A stretch of 64,000 nucleotides of DNA, taken from positions 1-64,000 of the forward strand of contig JYFJ02001217.1 of assembly GCA_000934665.2 (NCBI GenBank). Reading direction: 5' to 3'. The translations under genes and the position numbers were made by a program. This stretch comes from Catajapyx aquilonaris. Taxonomy: Eukaryota. Below the pieces are notes generated by a model. That model worked only from the letters and a program-made list of their open reading frames with translations, had not been told where the DNA came from and ran no database searches. This document shows, piece by piece, positions 58,718 to 64,000 of the stretch. Position 1 is the stretch's first letter, and each line of letters opens with the position of its first letter.

Positions 58718-61700
58718 GTCCGAAAGTTCAAGGGGCTAACAACTTGTCATTTTAGTGCACATCGGATTCATGAGATTGTAATAAGGATTTGTAGGATTTA
58801 CATGAGGATTTATGGCGCAGTTGTTACCACCCTCGCAAAAACCACTCTTCCCGCTCACCCCCTGCTATATGCCGGATCGCCTGTTATAGCTACTCTGGCT
58901 CCCCCAATAAACCAATCAAGCGCACACCCGATTACGATTACTCGTGATGACGCGTAATGCATTCACATGCGGACTCACTGGAGCCCACAGGTAAATTGTG
59001 TGATCACATGTGATTACGGGAATGGCCAACCCCTCGAAAAAGGCATGGAAACGTGCAAAAGGAAATTCAAGTTTACGACGATAAATCAGATTTGGGGCAG
59101 TCAAATATAACTTGCCTCCTTATGTCAGAAGCCCAAGACAAAGCAGAGTGCGACGTTTCCTGGCGGCCACCGACAATTGCGCAGGACTATCAGATCTGAC
59201 TTGGGCTCTAAAGGACAGCAACGTCCGGTTACCTGAGGCCTCCGCACGCACGGGCCATGCTGACCACCAGCGGCCAGCTACACACACTGTCCGTCGACAG
59301 TTATTGCTTGCACGACGGTGACATATATGCAGCTTAATGTCCCAAGTCCCTTACCATCGCAGTCAATACATCAATAAAATATAGAACCCGCATGTTGCCA
59401 AACGACACAGCCTTTCGGTCTGCCCAGAACGACTCGGCATCATGCAACCCGGTCGGGGAGGAGAGCCAAATCTCCACCAGAATTGCAACACCGACACGGA
59501 CCTCCTTCCCCAGATAATCGACTAGATTTGACGTAAGACTGGCAAAAACAGCTCAGAAGGGGGATAAGCAAGCGGCAGACTCCCGCCCGCACGGCCCGCA
59601 CGGCCCGCACTAAACCAAACACGTCGCCTGCTGGCACTTACGTAACCTCCGCCGCTGCATACGTCAACTCGTAATTGGTCGTTCGGAAGCATATGGTCAT
59701 CGCCCACCGCCCGCCCACCCACTCCCCATCTCACCTGTCCCGAACTCCAAAGGTGTGCTTGGCCCCTGGAGGCTCCCTCCGCCGCCACAAAAGGCACAGC
59801 CACCACACCGAACCGCCAGCCACGGTAGCCGCTCACAAACTGATGCCAGCAGGGGAGGCCGACAACGGAATAGCCTATCCCCCTACCCTACCACCCCGGG
59901 TCCCCCCTCCCCCACATCCCTCTCTCTCCCTCTCTCTCTCTCTCGCTGGCTGCATTTTATCGATCTGAACACCCCCCTCTCTCAACTAACCCAAGCCCCC
60001 CTCTCGGTACCCTCCCACCCCCCAGCACACCAGACAAGCGCTGAAAGCCCGCGTAATCTCGCCATTCGGCCGCGGGGAAGGGTGAGAAGGGAGGGGGAGA
60101 GAGAGAGAACACATCCAGAGAGAGGCCACCCTCTTTATTAAGCCCGTCTTTAACCCTTCAGATCGCGCATTGTCACCTTCACCTGATCAATCTTATCAGG
60201 TGTATGTAGGGTTGTTGAACCTGGCGGTAACACAGGGCGTTGGTCTGGCACCTTGCCATTCGCCCCTCCCATCATATTCTGCCACTCCTTCTTTCCCCCC
60301 CTTAATGCAATACGCCCCTACATGCCCGCATACCTACACACACTAGTGCACGTGGATGCACTTAAGGCCGCCAAAAGGGGAAGCTCGTTAGCCAGTCCCA
60401 TCCTCCATCAGGCAGCTCGAAGGAGGACGCCTCCCTTTCCTTCAAGGTCTCACCATGTATTATGTACGGGCAACGCATGCCTGGCCTCTAATTACACCCC
60501 TTTGCTCCTCAACGTCGCCCGTTCTTTTTATTGCGTGCGGAGCTCCTCAGACGCGGCCGGGGAGGAAAAAATTTATTCACACCGTGTGAATTATGCGCTT
60601 GAAAGTCATCGGATTCACGAGGAACCCGACTTGATATGCAGGTCACGGGCATCCCACACATGAAATCAATCGCGCTAACGATGTCCGGCATGTACCGGGG
60701 CGCGAAAGGATATTTAAATAAGGTAAGTGGTCCGATAAGAATCCGCACGCAACGTGCAGATTCAGTTGCAGACCCCCGTTTCCTTCAAGCTGGAGAGCAG
60801 GGTTGGAAGAAGAAGAAGAAGAAAAAAAACGGTTCAAGGAACCTTGCTGCAGCCACTATTATTCCATCACACTCCATGACTTTACGTGTCGGCGGATTTG
60901 CGGTGGTACCTGCGGTAGACGACAATAGGCCGGGGGCGCTGAGAGAAAAGGAAGCCTCGACCGCATGCGAAGGGCTGCAGAACACAGGAGAAAACCCGCC
61001 AAATCCCGTGGGGTCAGACCTGGATCACAAAATCAGGGAGTGTGCGAGCGGTCAGGTCGATTTCTGAGTGTTTGACTCGGGGGCTGGTCCGGACATGTGC
61101 CTGACACGTGCTGTGGAAGGGGGGTCGCAACCCTCAATTTCCCAACCCGAAAAGAGGTGTAAAATATGGCGAGGAATCTGGCACCGGACACTTGCTTCCC
61201 TTTCCATGCGACTAATCTTATACTTCACGTGCCCATGCACGCATGCAGTATATCTGCGAGGACCCCCTCTTTTTTTCTGATGGGATATCACGCTAGCAAG
61301 AGTCACGAAAGCGTAGTTTCCTCCTATAGCTGAGGGTCCCGATTCGATTACCCTGACGGAGTGGGCCGGGCCTAGTGATGAATGACTCCAACAAGGGAGG
61401 GTGTCCTCCCCTGATGAATCTCCCGATCCATTGTGCACCCATCCAAAAAATATGTCTGATCGTGGCAGCTTAGCACGCGCGCCCGTAGCCTATACACTAA
61501 GAACACATGCACGTCGGCCCAAAAATTACCTTCGAATCGATTGATTTGGTCGCCATTACGCCTTTTGGTGTATTGTTTTCACCTGACACTGTATAATTTG
61601 CCGGATATGCTATTTAATCCCACCCTGCTGTCATCATCACCCGGCTCGAAACAATCATGACTGAAAGCAGGAAATGCCGGCGAACATTATCGACTGTGCA

Positions 61701-64000
61701 ACAAGGGGAAAAGGAAGTTGCTGTTAGCTGTCCCGCAGGTCCTGCTTCATATTCGTCAATGATGGCCGCTTGTCTGTCACCAACGGCCAATAATTTTATC
61801 CGCACCATCGTGCATTGCCGGTGCCAAGCAAATATCAGTGGGGATATGCTCTCCTGCCATATACGCAAACATGCTGCGGTTCTTAATTTGCGCTAAACTG
61901 ACAAATTGGGCTTTAACCGTCACTTTAACCACGTCGGTGTTGAATTAACCCGTGGCCGGAATATATGAATAAATAACCAAGGAGTTATTTCACAGATTGA
62001 ATCTTCACGCTCATCCGACAAAATAACGCAACTTTGAACCATTATTATATCCAGAACGTGCTGTGTAGCGTAGGAGGCCCGGTGTATTGAAATGACAAGC
62101 ATGCATCCAACCAACCGTCCTGAGAAGTAGCAGCTGTCACAGAATAAATTGCGCCGTCCCCAGTTGCAGGCTGAGTAATTTTCTTTAACGGCGCAAGGCT
62201 GCTCGGATTATCCTCCGGAACAAGCACTATTATATTCTCTAAAGCGGTTCCCCGGTGCAAACGATGAGAAAGAGAGATCAATACTGCACCTCGTGGCCAC
62301 CACGCTCTTCTCCACGCTTTTTTTTTTCAAAAAAAACACAAAAACTCCTCCGTACTATACTTGGCCGGCAAAATCTCGGCACGTAGATATGCAGGAAGTA
62401 CGATATCGCACATGCATTACTAAACCCGCGCATGTGGCCTTGCTTTGTGCAAATATTGACGAACGCAGCGTTTTTCGCGAATGGTTATTTACACGAACAG
62501 CACCGCACATTATCAGAGCGTCGTGTGCATTGCGCGGAAACACATCCGTCGCACATACTGCGCGATTTGAACGGGGTTCGAGAGTTTTGAATCGCATTTT
62601 GGAACCGGAAAAGGGGATTGTGGTCTCCTGCGAATTGCAGCTCAAAACCACCTTAATAAAGCATTCCACTCCCCTGCAATTTTCCTCCGCATGACATGAC
62701 GCACATGTCAATGGCTTAGCAAAAGTCCACTCCATGCCTTCTGGCCGGAGGGAAATCGCAAATTACAACCTGATTACGGTACTGCGCTTTTCAATAATAC
62801 ATACCCCCGGACGATAAACTCTGACATTACATTTAACTAACCTAACAGCGTTTGCCTTACCCTTAATTATAAATTCAATACTCCCCCTTCCATCGTTCTT
62901 CTCAGTTCAATATCAGATAATTAGGAACATGGCCCGCGGTTCCATTTTCTGGCCCCAATTTATCGCAATGTGTTCTTCCAACCATCACGAAGAGCACATT
63001 TAATACCGCAGGTTAATGATTACTCACTACACCAGCAACGGCAGTATAATCTCCATAAAAGCAGGCATTTATTCTGGGCACGCTCGGCCCTCAGCAAAAG
63101 AGGGGGGGCTGGGAGGTTGAGGGGGAAGGAAAGCAAAAAAGAAACCTTCCAACCAGAGCCCGAGGTCAATTTCTTGGCGGCCACTTCCCACTCGCCCAGG
63201 AAATGAACACCCGGACTCATACAATTCCAGCGACAACAGAGCTTGACCAGGCACCGGGGAAAATAGAGATGAGGTGTCCTCGGGGTCGGAGGTCGCTGGG
63301 ATGCCCCTCCGTCTTCGTCCTGGTGCACCCACGGATGCCAGTCCTTCTCAGATTGCGGCACGGGGATAATCACTTCCCCTTCCTGCTGAAGGGACTTCCC
63401 CAATTATCTCCGGGGCCCTTATCGGCTCGTTACTTCAAGAGTCGGAAGCTTCTTTTATCGCTTATGCGGATTAACTCTTCTCACATGATTCAATTCCGGT
63501 TCCCAGAGTTCATCAACAGATTCCAAGGTTTCAGGAGGAAAAGTTGGCATCGTTGGACGGTGACCCGAAAACACGGGTGCATTCTGAATAAAATGGATTC
63601 CCGAAGCGCACTTCAAAAGTTTGGTGTGCTATCGATCATGCCCCATCAATAAAGGCCCAAGGAAGGAGGGGCACATTGGCCTATGTTCGGATGCAAAAGC
63701 GCCACCCAAGCGTCCCACGGGGTCAAGCTCGATCAAAAATATCCGGACAAATATTTTTGTATCCGGATACAAAAGAAGTAGGTTCGAAATAACTATTTGC
63801 TCGATCACATTGATGGTAATGAAATAAGGCGGGGTCCGTTGCCCTTTTCAGTCCCAGTTGAACAATGCGGTGACAATTACAGGTGTTAACGAGACGTGTA
63901 AATTACCGGCAACCGCTGAATTCCAATGGTGCTCGAGACAAAGGCGGCCTAGAATGTATAGTTCCTGAAAAGTCTCGCTTTGATCGCGTGAAGCAAGCGC

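Noticed and set aside
52100..64000. Adjacent paralogue (Su(z)2-like) or COMMD3-like neighbour
   Set aside because: No exon with such similarity was recognisable in this window.

Overview
Eukaryotic, intron-rich genomic DNA, probably from an invertebrate animal (arthropod-like by protein style; this is inference). The window is dominated by one minus-strand gene: a Polycomb group RING finger (PCGF2/4 class; Psc/Su(z)2/BMI1 family) subunit of canonical PRC1. I assembled eight coding exons by hand, each with GT-AG splice sites and consistent phase: 52053-51942, 38171-38075, 37447-37338, 37069-36964, 26333-26231, 25276-25181, 15980-15900 and 11190-8413. The CDS is 3483 nt (1160 aa): a C3HC4 RING, a RAWUL domain, and a low-complexity C-terminal region of about 910 aa of the Psc type. 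The introns and flanks carry non-autonomous DNA transposons (piggyBac-like and TAA-flanked fold-backs, Tc1/mariner MITEs and decayed transposases), tRNA-derived SINE-like copies, microsatellites and GC-rich islands. I found no second protein-coding gene, and nothing I can support as a wholly new biological system. The most worthwhile leads are the architecture and motifs of the C-terminal tail, three candidate alternative exons, a stem-loop/CCAAT element in intron 2, long intronic hairpins, and possible Polycomb response elements.
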